Below are positions 15,279-25,300 of a stretch of 26,962 bases of DNA, one piece after another. This DNA comes from an uncultured Halanaerobiales bacterium (GTDB lineage: Bacteria > Bacillota > Halanaerobiia > Halanaerobiales > JADQBU01), in contig CAYRVO010000001.1 in NCBI GenBank assembly GCA_964427565.1, positions 1-26,962 of the forward strand, given 5' to 3'. Positions within the stretch are counted from its first letter, which is position 1. Every line of letters begins with the position of its first letter. A program made the position numbers and the translations under genes. Under the pieces are notes generated by a model, which did no database searches, was not told where the DNA came from, and worked only from the letters and a program-made list of their open reading frames with translations.

Positions 15279-16976
15279 ATGAGTATAGATGATATACTGA
15301 AAAAAGATGTAATAACAGTTAATCCCGAAACTAAATTTGGCCGAGTAGAGAAAATACTGACTGAAAATAATTTGACAGCATTAGCTGTTACAGTTGACGA
15401 AAAGATCAGGGGGATTATATCTATGTCAGATATATTAAAAATAAAGCCCCATGATTATGATGGTTTAGCGATTAAAAGATATATGCAAAAGCATTTTCCG
15501 GTTATTAAGAATGATACAAAAATCAAGCAGGCGGCTCAAATTATGAATAATTATAATTTAAGTATTTTACCTGTAGTTGAGAAAGAAAAATTTCTAGGGC
15601 TGATTTTTAAAAAAGATATAAAAAATTATTCTAACAGTTATAGCTATACTTTTTATGGTAATTGCTTAATAAAAATAAATAAAAAGATCTTTAATATAGA
15701 ACAAAAATTAAAAAATTTACCTCTTAGATATATTAATGTAATTAACAAAGTAAGTGCTATCTTTAATAAATACAATATAAAAATATATATAGTTGGGGGA
15801 TTAGTTAGAGATATTCTTCTTAATAAGGAAAACAGGGATCTTGATTTTATTTATGAAGGAATCATTGAGCCAGAAAAATTAAGAGAAATAATAGTGGAAA
15901 TAGTAGAAAGACTCAATACAAACTGGGAATGTAACATATCTTTTAAAACAAACACATCTTTTAGAACAGCATCTATTCATTTTGAACAGGGTTTAAACCT
16001 TGATTTTGCAGCTTTAAGGAGAGAATATTATACATCTCCCGGTTCACTTCCTGAAGTTAAAGTAGCAAATCTGCAAGAAGATATTTTAAGAAGAGATTTT
16101 ACAATTAATACATTAGTTTTGGATATTAATCCACTTAACCGGGGTGATGTATATGATTATATCGGGGGCAGAAAGGATTTGAAAAAGGGATTAATACGGG
16201 CTCTTCATTGTTATAGTTTTTTAGATGATCCAACGCGAATTATAAGAGGTATCAGACAGTCTATAGAGTTAAATTTTGATATTGAAGAGCAAACTAGAAA
16301 GTTAATAGAAGATGCACTCTTATATGGTAAATTTCCAGACTTGACAGAAGAAAGGGTATTTAAAGAGTTGAAACTTCTTTTTGACAGGCAAATAAATAAT
16401 AAATTTATAAAATTATTGTCAGATTTACCTGTTTTTAATCTTCTGGCAATTAATATTAATATGAATAAGAAAATTGTTGCTAAATTATATAGACTTGAGG
16501 ATATTCTTGCATATTTTTTAGAGAGGGATTATAATGTTAAAGACTGGTTATTGCGGTTGGCTGTTATTATTCCTGAAAGTCCTGCTGTAAAACTTGAAAC
16601 CTGGAATATAAGTAAAGAAAACAAAGAAATACTATCTTTTCACGATTATGATAAATATATGAAAAAGTTATATTCAGCAGAAAAATCATCTCAGTTAGCT
16701 GATGTTTTAAATGACTTAAAACTGGAGAAAGTTATTTTATTAATGGTTGAAGATGAAAATATAGTTGATAAAGTAAAATATTATTATGAAAAGTTAGTTA
16801 AGATAGAACTGGCTATAAATGGTAATGATTTGCTTAAACTTGGACTTAAACCTGGTCCGGAGATAAAATATATTCTCAAAGAAGTCTGGAAGGCAAAGGT
16901 AAATGGTAAGCTAAATAATTACAGGAATGAAATAAACTATGCAAAAAAATTAATCAGAGATAAGGAAAGGAGCTAA
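15279..16976 (+). CDS. CBS-domain tRNA nucleotidyltransferase (CCA- or A-adding; class II)
   Basis: 565 aa; N-terminal CBS pair, VGGLVRDILL, RDLDF, RREYY..PGSLPEV, RRDFTIN, FLDDPTRIIR, ERVFKE, C-terminal INGNDLLKLGLKPGP. Confidence 0.88.
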   Translation: MSIDDILKKDVITVNPETKFGRVEKILTENNLTALAVTVDEKIRGIISMSDILKIKPHDYDGLAIKRYMQKHFPVIKNDTKIKQAAQIMNNYNLSILPVVEKEKFLGLIFKKDIKNYSNSYSYTFYGNCLIKINKKIFNIEQKLKNLPLRYINVINKVSAIFNKYNIKIYIVGGLVRDILLNKENRDLDFIYEGIIEPEKLREIIVEIVERLNTNWECNISFKTNTSFRTASIHFEQGLNLDFAALRREYYTSPGSLPEVKVANLQEDILRRDFTINTLVLDINPLNRGDVYDYIGGRKDLKKGLIRALHCYSFLDDPTRIIRGIRQSIELNFDIEEQTRKLIEDALLYGKFPDLTEERVFKELKLLFDRQINNKFIKLLSDLPVFNLLAININMNKKIVAKLYRLEDILAYFLERDYNVKDWLLRLAVIIPESPAVKLETWNISKENKEILSFHDYDKYMKKLYSAEKSSQLADVLNDLKLEKVILLMVEDENIVDKVKYYYEKLVKIELAINGNDLLKLGLKPGPEIKYILKEVWKAKVNGKLNNYRNEINYAKKLIRDKERS

Positions 16977-16980
16977 AATT

Positions 16981-17622
16981 ATGCCTTCAATACAGGAAAT
17001 TATCTTATTACTTCCTATATTATTATTTTCATTGTCAATACATGAATTTTCACATGGTTTTATGTCTTATAAATTGGGAGACCCAACTCCAAAAGTAAAT
17101 GGTAGACTGACATTAAATCCTTTAGCTCATCTTGATTTAATAGGTAGTCTTGTTTTGATTATTACCCGGAGAATAGGCTGGGCAAAACCTGTTCCTATAA
17201 ATCCTCGTTATTATAAAAACCCACGCAAAGGGATGATGTATGTTGGATTTGCTGGTCCCGGGGCTAATATAGTTATGGCAATAATTTTATCCTTGATTAT
17301 CAGGGTATTCTTGATTTTTAGTAATACTTCTTTAAACATGGTTTATAGTGGTTATTATTCGAATTTAACACAGACTATTGCCCGTTTCTTTCTACTGGCA
17401 ATTATTATCAACCTTAGTCTGGCAGTATTTAATTTAATCCCTGTACCACCACTTGATGGCTCAAAAATATTACGTGGATTTTTACCTCCTCGTTTTGATA
17501 AGTATTTTTATAAGCTAGAAGGTCCACTAGGGATGGTAGTATTGTTAATACTGGCTTATACAGGTATATTATGGAAAATAATCAGTCCGGTTGTTAATTT
17601 ATTTTTGAATATATTAATATAG
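16981..17622 (+). CDS. Site-2 protease family (M50) membrane metalloprotease
   Basis: 213 aa; HEFSH, GRLTLNPLAHLD, AGPGAN, FNLIPVPPLDG. Confidence 0.92.
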   Translation: MPSIQEIILLLPILLFSLSIHEFSHGFMSYKLGDPTPKVNGRLTLNPLAHLDLIGSLVLIITRRIGWAKPVPINPRYYKNPRKGMMYVGFAGPGANIVMAIILSLIIRVFLIFSNTSLNMVYSGYYSNLTQTIARFFLLAIIINLSLAVFNLIPVPPLDGSKILRGFLPPRFDKYFYKLEGPLGMVVLLILAYTGILWKIISPVVNLFLNILI

Positions 17623-17632
17623 GAGCTAAAAT

Positions 17633-18385
17633 ATGGAGTATGAGATTGATTTAGATATATTTCAGGGGCCACTGGAACTATTATATCAATTAATAAAAAA
17701 GAATAAGATCGAAATAAATGAGGTTTCTCTGGCTGAAATAACAGATCAGTATTTATCTTATTTACAGGAATTAAAGAGTTTTGACCTTGATTTGGCCAGT
17801 CAGTTTATGCTTATTGCAACAGAACTAATAGAATTGAAAACTGAAAATCTTTTGCCGGTTAAGTCCAAAAAAGAAAAAAGTAGTAATGAAAAGGATCTAG
17901 TTAATAGACTAAAGGAATATCAGAAATTTAAAAAAGCTGCCCATATATTAAGAGAAAAAAGAAAGAAAGCTGCAAAATCATATACTCGTAGGGTAGATAT
18001 AACAGAAAAATATGATGAAAACTATGAATTGCAAATAAAAAAAGATGGGAATGAGTTAGCTGAAATTTATCTGAAAACAATAAAATCCTCATCAACAACT
18101 AATGATAATCAAATAAAAAAAGAAGAAAAATTAGATATAGATTACATTAATGAAGATGATATTAATGTTAATGATAAAATTAATTATATAATGAATAATC
18201 TAAGAGATAGGAATTCAGGAATTAAATTTAAAGAAATTATTGATAATAATAGTAATTGTCTGGAGATTATTGTTACTTTACTGGCTATGCTGGAATTGAT
18301 TCATAGAAAGAAAATAAAGATTGAACAGGACAAATTATTTTCAGAGATAAAAATTTATATTGTTAATGAGAAGGTGTTTTCATGA
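17633..18385 (+). CDS. scpA: Segregation and condensation protein A (kleisin)
   Basis: 250 aa; FQGPLELLYQLI, ITDQYL, C-terminal LLAMLEL..QDKLFSEI. Confidence 0.93.
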   Translation: MEYEIDLDIFQGPLELLYQLIKKNKIEINEVSLAEITDQYLSYLQELKSFDLDLASQFMLIATELIELKTENLLPVKSKKEKSSNEKDLVNRLKEYQKFKKAAHILREKRKKAAKSYTRRVDITEKYDENYELQIKKDGNELAEIYLKTIKSSSTTNDNQIKKEEKLDIDYINEDDINVNDKINYIMNNLRDRNSGIKFKEIIDNNSNCLEIIVTLLAMLELIHRKKIKIEQDKLFSEIKIYIVNEKVFS

Positions 18386-18894
18386 ATGAAAAATATATAG
18401 CTATAATTGAAGCTTTATTATTTACAGCTCAGGATATGATATCTTTAACAGAGATTGCAGATGTTATAGGTTTATCCAGAGTAGAGACTGAAGAATATAT
18501 ATCTATATTGAGTGATAGATACAGGGAGAAGGCTCATGGATTATTGCTTAAAGAATACAATAATAATTATATTTTAACAACTAAGCCCTTTTTTAGTTCA
18601 TATATAGAAGATATGCATAATATAAAAAATAAAGTTAGTTTGAGTAAAGCTGCTCTAGAAACACTGGCAATAATAGCCTATAAACAGCCTGTAACTAGAT
18701 CAGAGATTGAAGAAATAAGAGGAGTAAAGGCTGAAAAGACGCTTTTGACACTGGGTAAATATAATCTTATTAAAGAATTAGGGCGTAAAGATACTATTGG
18801 TAATCCTATTGTTTATGGTACAAGTGAAAAATTTCTTGAATATTTTAATTTAAAAAATTTATCCAAATTACCGGAAATAGAAGAAACTGATTAA
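18382..18894 (+). CDS. scpB: Segregation and condensation protein B
   Basis: 170 aa; IEALLF, LSKAALETLAIIAYKQPVTRSEIEEIRGV, YGTSEKFLEYF. Confidence 0.95.
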   Translation: MNEKYIAIIEALLFTAQDMISLTEIADVIGLSRVETEEYISILSDRYREKAHGLLLKEYNNNYILTTKPFFSSYIEDMHNIKNKVSLSKAALETLAIIAYKQPVTRSEIEEIRGVKAEKTLLTLGKYNLIKELGRKDTIGNPIVYGTSEKFLEYFNLKNLSKLPEIEETD

Positions 18895-18951
18895 TAAATT
18901 ACAGCCAAGATTTTTTCATTTAATTATTAAGACACTTTATTTTTAAAAAAA

Positions 18952-18981
18952 GAATATTTTTAACATGTTATGGAGATTATA
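18952..18981 (+). promoter_or_regulatory. sigmaF/sigmaG-type promoter for ytfI-like/ytfJ
   Basis: GAATA - N15 - GGAGATTATA. ytfJ (gerW) is a known forespore-expressed gene in B. subtilis. Confidence 0.45.
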
Positions 18982-19001
18982 AGATATGGGTGAGATAGAA
19001 A

Positions 19002-19505
19002 TTGATACTTATCTTATTAATCTCTTTTTTTATTTTTATAGCTTTATTATTTATTCCTGTAAGTGTAAAGATAGTGTATAGTTATAATCAAAACAAAAAT
19101 TATTATAAAATAAAAATAAAAATATTTAAAATTATTACTATACCATTATCCAGGGAAGAAGATAAACTAAAAGCTGATATAAAAATAAAAAATTACAAAA
19201 AATATTCACAAATTATCTTAAAAAGATTAAATATAAACTGGAAATTTTTATATCTTGAAAGCAAATATGGTTTTGGCAATCCAGCTTATACAGCGATTTC
19301 TTATGGCATCATCTGGAGTATTTTGGGAACATTAGTTACTGCTTTTGATATAAAAAAACCGGTTATAAAGATAAGCTCAGAATGCAATGAAAAAATTTTT
19401 ACATTACATATTGAAAGTATATTTTCTCTATATATAGGTAATATTATTTATACAGGATTTTTTATTTTAAAGGAGGAAATATGTAATGGCAGAACAAAAT
19501 ATTGA
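19002..19505 (+). CDS. DUF2953 / YtfI-like membrane-anchored protein
   Basis: 167 aa, TTG start; N-terminal TM, YGFGNPAYTAISYGIIWS; directly upstream of ytfJ. Confidence 0.75.
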   Translation: MILILLISFFIFIALLFIPVSVKIVYSYNQNKNYYKIKIKIFKIITIPLSREEDKLKADIKIKNYKKYSQIILKRLNINWKFLYLESKYGFGNPAYTAISYGIIWSILGTLVTAFDIKKPVIKISSECNEKIFTLHIESIFSLYIGNIIYTGFFILKEEICNGRTKY

Positions 19506-19869
19506 AAAATTACTGGATACAGCTATGAAAAATATTGAATCTATGGTTGATGTAACAACAATAGTAGGTGAACCGGTAGAAACTATGGAAGGAAGTGTAA
19601 TAATACCTGTTTCACGTGTCAGTTTTGGTTTTGCTGCCGGGGGAGGAGAATTTCATAATAAAGCAGAAGCAGATAGAGAAAACCCGCCATTTGCCGGTGG
19701 TAGTGGAGCAGGGGTTATGATTAATCCCGTAGCTTTTCTAGTGGTTACAAATGATGAAATAAGGTTATTGCCGGCAAAAAATAATGCGGTAGCAGAAAGA
19801 CTGGTAAATATTGCTCCAGAATTAGTTAAAGAGATAAAAAATTTAATAAAAAATAAAACCAGCATGTGA
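19486..19869 (+). CDS. ytfJ: Sporulation protein YtfJ / GerW
   Basis: 127 aa; MVDVTTIVGEPV, IIPVSRVSFGFAAGGGEF, FAGGSGAGV..NPVAFLVV. Confidence 0.93.
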   Translation: MAEQNIEKLLDTAMKNIESMVDVTTIVGEPVETMEGSVIIPVSRVSFGFAAGGGEFHNKAEADRENPPFAGGSGAGVMINPVAFLVVTNDEIRLLPAKNNAVAERLVNIAPELVKEIKNLIKNKTSM

Positions 19870-19885
19870 AAAAATGCTGGTTTTT
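19855..19885 (+). terminator. Intrinsic terminator overlapping the ytfJ stop codon
   Basis: AAAACCAGCAT-gtgaaaaa-ATGCTGGTTTT(T); the TGA stop sits in the loop. Confidence 0.85.
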
Positions 19886-19946
19886 AAATTAATATTAATT
19901 TAAATATCACATATATATTTTAATATAATGTATAGTAGGTGAGCAA

Positions 19947-21209
19947 ATGCAGAAGAAAAAAAATATATATTTAATTTTATTAATAATAACAATAATAATA
20001 TTGTATTCTAATTTTGTATTTGCCAGCCCCCCACAGGTTGGTGCCAGAGCAGCTATAGTTATGGATATTAAAACAGGGCAGGTATTATATAATAAACATA
20101 TGAATGTAAAGATGCCTCCTGCAAGTACTACAAAAATATTAACAGCAATAATTGCTATTGAAGAAGGTAATCTGGAAGATACTGTAACTATCAGCAGAAA
20201 AGCTGCTTACCAGGAGGGTTCTTCTATCTGGTTAAAAGAGGGGGAAGAATTAACTCTGGAAGAATTATTGTATGGAGTAATGCTTTCTTCAGCTAATGAT
20301 GCTGCTATAGCTGTTGCCGAGCATATTGCTGGATCTGTAACAGAATTTGTGGAACTTATGAATGAAAAGGCAAAGGAAATAGGGGCTAATAAAAGTAATT
20401 TTTTAAATCCTAATGGATTACCCTGTACAGGTCATTATTCTACTGCATATGATCTGGCAAAAATTATGAGTTATGCTTTAAAAAATAATACTTTTGCTCA
20501 GATTACGGCCACAAAATATAAAACAATATCATGGGATGATAACACATGGGATAGGGGGTTAAGAAATCATAATAGGCTATTGTGGTCTTACAAAGGAATA
20601 ACAGGAGGTAAAACTGGATATACAAAAGCAGCCGGTAGATGTCTTGTAACTTCTGCTAGCAGGCAAGGAAGAGAAGTAGTTGCAGTAGTTTTAAATTGTG
20701 CGAGTGATTGGCATGACTGTAAAAGATTAATGGATTATGGTATAGAGAACTTTAAATATGAAAAAGTTTTTACTCGTGGTGATAAAATATGTTCATTGAC
20801 ATGGGAGGAGACTGCTGAAAAAGATTTTAAATTATTAGCCAGTAAATCACTTTATGTGACAGTACCGAAAGGTGGTAAAATATCCGTTAAAAAAGTAATA
20901 AATATTTTAGAAGAAAAAGAGTTACCGGTTAAAAAAAATGAAAAATTGGGTTATATATCTGTTTATCATAAAGATAAATTAATTGACAGGATAGAACTTG
21001 TCACAGATAGGGAATTAAATTTCAATTCTTTATTTAGACGTTTATGGCATAACCTGACTCTGGTTTTAAAAAATAATTTTAATAAAGGATTAAATTTATC
21101 TTTAAAGAATATACAAACAGGGAGGTATGCTAAATTATATGCTACGTTTGCAGAAATTTATGGCCCATGCCGGAATAGCTTCCAGAAGAAAATCGGAAGA
21201 TATTATTAA
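19947..21209 (+). CDS. dacB: D-alanyl-D-alanine carboxypeptidase DacB-like, with anomalous C-terminal extension
   Basis: PASTTK, SAN, GGKTGYTKAAGRCL; position before rluB matches dacB. The last about 45 aa overlap the rluB promoter and start. Confidence 0.82.
   Translation: MQKKKNIYLILLIITIIILYSNFVFASPPQVGARAAIVMDIKTGQVLYNKHMNVKMPPASTTKILTAIIAIEEGNLEDTVTISRKAAYQEGSSIWLKEGEELTLEELLYGVMLSSANDAAIAVAEHIAGSVTEFVELMNEKAKEIGANKSNFLNPNGLPCTGHYSTAYDLAKIMSYALKNNTFAQITATKYKTISWDDNTWDRGLRNHNRLLWSYKGITGGKTGYTKAAGRCLVTSASRQGREVVAVVLNCASDWHDCKRLMDYGIENFKYEKVFTRGDKICSLTWEETAEKDFKLLASKSLYVTVPKGGKISVKKVINILEEKELPVKKNEKLGYISVYHKDKLIDRIELVTDRELNFNSLFRRLWHNLTLVLKNNFNKGLNLSLKNIQTGRYAKLYATFAEIYGPCRNSFQKKIGRYY
21086..21110 (+). 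promoter_or_regulatory. sigmaH-type promoter for rluB
   Basis: aaAGGATTA (21086-21092) - N14 - GAAT (21107-21110), then SD GGGAGGT at 21120-21126. Confidence 0.55.
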
Positions 21210-21867
21210 ACAGGGAAGAGTAAAAGTTAATGGTGAAGTAATTACAGAAATGGGAGTAAAAATAGATCCAGAAAGTGATTGTGTTGAGGTGGATGGTAAT
21301 ATTATTAGTAAGGAAAACAAAATTTATCTTTTATTAAATAAACCTATAGGGTATGTTACAACAGTATCTGATCCTCGGGGACGTAAAACTGTTATGGATT
21401 TAATTGCAGGTATTGAACAAAGAATTTATCCAGTAGGAAGACTTGATTATGATAGTAGTGGTTTACTGATTATGACAAATGATGGGGATTTGACAAATAT
21501 TTTAACACATCCATCATTTGAGGTAAATAAAACTTATATGGTTCAGGTGGAGGGTAAAGCTGATAGAAAAAGATTGAAGAGGTTAGAAAAAGGAGTGAAG
21601 TTAAAAGATGGTTTAACTGCTCCTGCTATAGTAAAAAATATAAGTTATAGGGGTAATAGTACTGTTTTTAATATTACTATTCATGAAGGACGTAATAGAG
21701 AAGTAAGAAGAATGTGTAAAAAAATCAATTATAGTGTTCTTAATTTAAAAAGAATAACTGTTGCCAATCTTACATTAGGTAATTTACAGGAAGGTAATTA
21801 TAGACATTTAAATGAAGAGGAAGTTAATAATCTCAAGAAATTGAAGTTAAAGGAAGGAATTAACTAA
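21139..21867 (+). CDS. rluB: rRNA pseudouridine synthase (RluB/RsuA family, with S4 domain)
   Basis: RLQKFMAHAGIASRRK, LNKPIG, YPVGRLDYDSSGL (catalytic Asp), IHEGRNREVRRM. ATG 21127 abuts the SD, so 21139 is preferred. Confidence 0.9.
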   Translation: MLRLQKFMAHAGIASRRKSEDIIKQGRVKVNGEVITEMGVKIDPESDCVEVDGNIISKENKIYLLLNKPIGYVTTVSDPRGRKTVMDLIAGIEQRIYPVGRLDYDSSGLLIMTNDGDLTNILTHPSFEVNKTYMVQVEGKADRKRLKRLEKGVKLKDGLTAPAIVKNISYRGNSTVFNITIHEGRNREVRRMCKKINYSVLNLKRITVANLTLGNLQEGNYRHLNEEEVNNLKKLKLKEGIN

Positions 21868-21879
21868 AATATAAAGAAT
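21855..21879 (+). promoter_or_regulatory. sigmaH promoter for spoVS
   Basis: gaAGGAATT (21855-21861) - N14 - GAAT (21876-21879). spoVS is a known sigmaH target. Confidence 0.75.
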
Positions 21880-21952
21880 ATAAATACTACAGACAAATTA
21901 ATAATATTTAAATAATTCAAAGCATTCATTAAAAAAGGAGGATTCATAACAA

Positions 21953-22213
21953 ATGGAAGTATTAAAAGTTTCATCAAAATCAAGCCCTAAATCTGTTGCA
22001 GGTGCACTTGCTGCTGTATTACGAGAGGAGGGTAAAGCAGAAATGCAGGCTATTGGAGCGGGAGCTGTTAATCAAACAATCAAAGCTATTGCTATAGCAA
22101 GGGGTTATGTAGCTCCAAATGGTCTGGATTTGATATCAATACCGGCTTTTACTGAGATTGAAATTGATAATGAAGAAAGAACAGCTTTAAAGTTCTTAGT
22201 AGAGCCACGTTAA
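21953..22213 (+). CDS. spoVS: Stage V sporulation protein S
   Basis: 86 aa; MEVLKVS..S.PKSVAGALA, AIGAGAVNQ..KAIAIARG, IPAF. Confidence 0.97.
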   Translation: MEVLKVSSKSSPKSVAGALAAVLREEGKAEMQAIGAGAVNQTIKAIAIARGYVAPNGLDLISIPAFTEIEIDNEERTALKFLVEPR

Positions 22214-22250
22214 TAATAAACTTTAAAAATATAAATGTTTGTATGATTAT

Positions 22251-22279
22251 AAAACCTATCTATAACAGATAGGTTTTTT
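22251..22279 (+). terminator. Intrinsic terminator after spoVS
   Basis: AAAACCTATCT-ataac-AGATAGGTTTT-TT. Confidence 0.88.
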
Positions 22280-22280
22280 C

Positions 22281-22309
22281 TTGTATTTTTTACTGTATAT
22301 TGATAAAAT
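22281..22309 (+). promoter_or_regulatory. sigmaA promoter for smc-ftsY
   Basis: TTGTAT - N17 - TAAAAT (22304-22309) with TGn extended -10. Confidence 0.65.
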
Positions 22310-22333
22310 TAGTTGTTAATGAGGTGGCTAAAT

Positions 22334-25300
22334 ATGTTCCTGAAGAAATTGAAAATAAATGGTTTTAAATCATTTGCCAGACCAATTAAAATAGAATTCA
22401 ATTCTCCCTTGACAGCAATTGTAGGTCCTAATGGTAGTGGGAAGAGTAATATTGTTGATGCTATACGCTGGGTACTTGGAGAACAGAGTGCCAAAATGCT
22501 ACGTGGTAAGACGATGGCTGATATTATTTTTTCTGGTAGTAAAAATCATAAACCACTGCAAAAAGCAAGTGTTTATTTGTATCTTGATAATAGTGACCAT
22601 ACATTAGAAGTAGAAAGTAACGAAGTTATTATAGGTAGGCGGGTAACTAAAGATGGTGAAAGTGATTATCTGTTAAATGGTAATGTTTGTAGATTGAAAG
22701 ATATTAAAAAATTACTTCTTGGGACAGGCCTGGGTAAAGATTTATATTCTATTGTTGGTCAGGGTAAAATTGATTCTATTATAAATAGTAAGCCTGCTAA
22801 ATTAAGGGAATTATTTGAAGAAGCGGCAGGTATAAGTAGACATAAGATGCGTAAAGAAGAGGCTGAAAAAAGATTGCAAAAGACAAGCCAGAACCTGCAG
22901 CGTATAAATGATTTAATAAATGAATTAAAGAAACAACTTAGACCCCTGAAAAAAGAAGCAGAAAAGGCAAAAAAACATGAAAAGATTAAAGCGAAATTGA
23001 AAAAGATGGAAATAAATTTGTTTATGGATAAATGGGAAGAAAATAAGGTTGAATTTTCCTCAGTTAAGATGAATAAAAAATTTTTGCAGGAAAAACTAGA
23101 ATATAATCAAGAAGAATTACAAAAATTAAAAGATAATATTGAAGAAAATAATAAAATTATTGAGAAAAAAAAGAAATTAATGGCTAGAAAAAAAGAAAAA
23201 CTTTTTAACTTAAGATCCAGGAAGGATGAATTAAAGAACAAAGTTACACTCTACAAAGAAAGAAAAAATAACATTATTGATAATATAGATTCTATTAACA
23301 ACTGGAAAGAAAATATAATTACTAAAAAAGATGAGATCAAAGTAAATATTAATGAGTTGAAAGATAAAAGAAAAAAATCTGAGAATAAAAAAGAAACTTT
23401 ACAAAAAAAAATAAAGTCAGAGAAGGCTCAATTAAAGAAATATAGAGAAAATGTAGAAGATTTAAAAGAAGAATTAAATAATTATCAGGATGAATTAATA
23501 ATTGGCAAAGAAAATATTAAGGATATAAAATATGAAATGGAGAGAGTCAAAGAAAAAATAAATTATATTCAGGAAAATAAACAGAATTTAGAAAATGAAC
23601 AAAAAATGATAAGTAAAAAGATTAATATGCGTAAAAAAAATAGAGAAAAAGTTAAAACAGAACTTAGATCACTGGTTAAAAAAAGAGAAACTATTGAGAA
23701 GGAAAATAATAATTTACCAGAAACCAGGCAGAAAAAAATTGATTTATGTGAAAAAAAAGAAGATGAACTAGAAAGATTAAATAATAAACTACAAGATAAA
23801 ATTTCAAGATTAAACATACTTAGGGAGATGGATGATAGTTATAATGGATATTATTATGGTGTAAAAAATGTTTTGCAGGCTAATGATAAATTTGAAGGAA
23901 TAAAAGGTATAGTTGCCAACTTAATTAATGTTAAAAAGGACTATGTACAGGCTGTAGAAACTGCTTTGGGAGCCAAAATGCAGAATCTGGTTGTAGATAA
24001 TGACCATACAGCTGGAAATATAATTAAACATCTAAAAAGAAATAAACTGGGCTATGCTACATTTTTACCTGTTAATCTTATAAATGGGAAAAAGATAATT
24101 CTGGATAATAATATTAAAGATATAGAAGGATATAGTGGTATAGCATCTAACTTTGTTGAACATAAAAATTATTTACAGGGTATAGTTGATTATTTACTTG
24201 GTAATATAATAATTACCCGTGATATTGATTCTGCTGCCGAGATTACCAAAAAAATAAATAGTAGATATAAAATAGTAACTCTTGCGGGAGAAATAATAAG
24301 GACTGGTGGAGCAATGAGTGGTGGCAGCAAGAAAACTGCTAAGAAAAGTTTAATTAGCAGGTCACAGGAAAAAAAGAAGTTAGCAGCAGTAATTGAAAAG
24401 CTAAAAAATGAGGTAAATAGGAAAAGGCATAAAATTTCAAAGATAAAAATAGAAATTGAAAAGCTTGAAGATAATATGAATCAAAACAGAGAGATGATTC
24501 ACAGGTTGGAATTGGATGAAAGTAGTGTTCAGGCTGATCTTAAAGGGCTTAATAGTGATATCTATAAATTAGAAAAAACGAAAGAAAATAATGATAATAA
24601 GATTAAAATAGATAATAAAGAGTTGGGTAAATTAAATAATAGAAGAGAAAAGTTAATTTCTAAAATTGACGAATCAGATAATAATAGTAAAGAACAGGAA
24701 ATTATAAATAAACTGAAAAAAAGAATAAATAAACTGGAAGAAAATATAAATACTGTTAATAAAAAGATTACAGATGTAAAAGTAAAAATTGCTACTGAAA
24801 AACAAAAACTAGAAAGCTTTAAAACAGAAAGAAAGAAAATGAAAGAGAAAATAAATAGTTACAACAATAAATTTAAAGATAAGAACAAAAAAATCAAAAA
24901 TAAAAAGGAAGAATTAGAAAATATAGAATCCAAATTAGATGATGTAAAAAGTGAATTATTGAACTACAGACAGCGGATTAAAAATACTGATAATGATATA
25001 CCTGCTATGAAACAAAAAATTGAAGAAAAAGATAAAAAATTAGATGAACTTATTAATCAAAAGCAAAACAAAGAACAGGAAATTGAAAAAATAAAAGATC
25101 AAATACATAAAATAGAATTAAAATTGAACCGTCTAGAAAATAAGCGTCATAACATCAAGCAAAAGCTGGAGGAAGATTACCAGTTAAATCCTGAAAAAGA
25201 TAATCCTGACAATAGAATTAAAATAACAGATTATAAAAATGTTAAAAATAAGATAAATGAATTTAAAAAAACAATAAAAGCTATGGGAATGGTAAACAGA

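Noticed and set aside
19900-19937. sigmaE promoter for dacB
   Set aside because: Expected from homology, but two different registers fit equally poorly in near-pure AT sequence.
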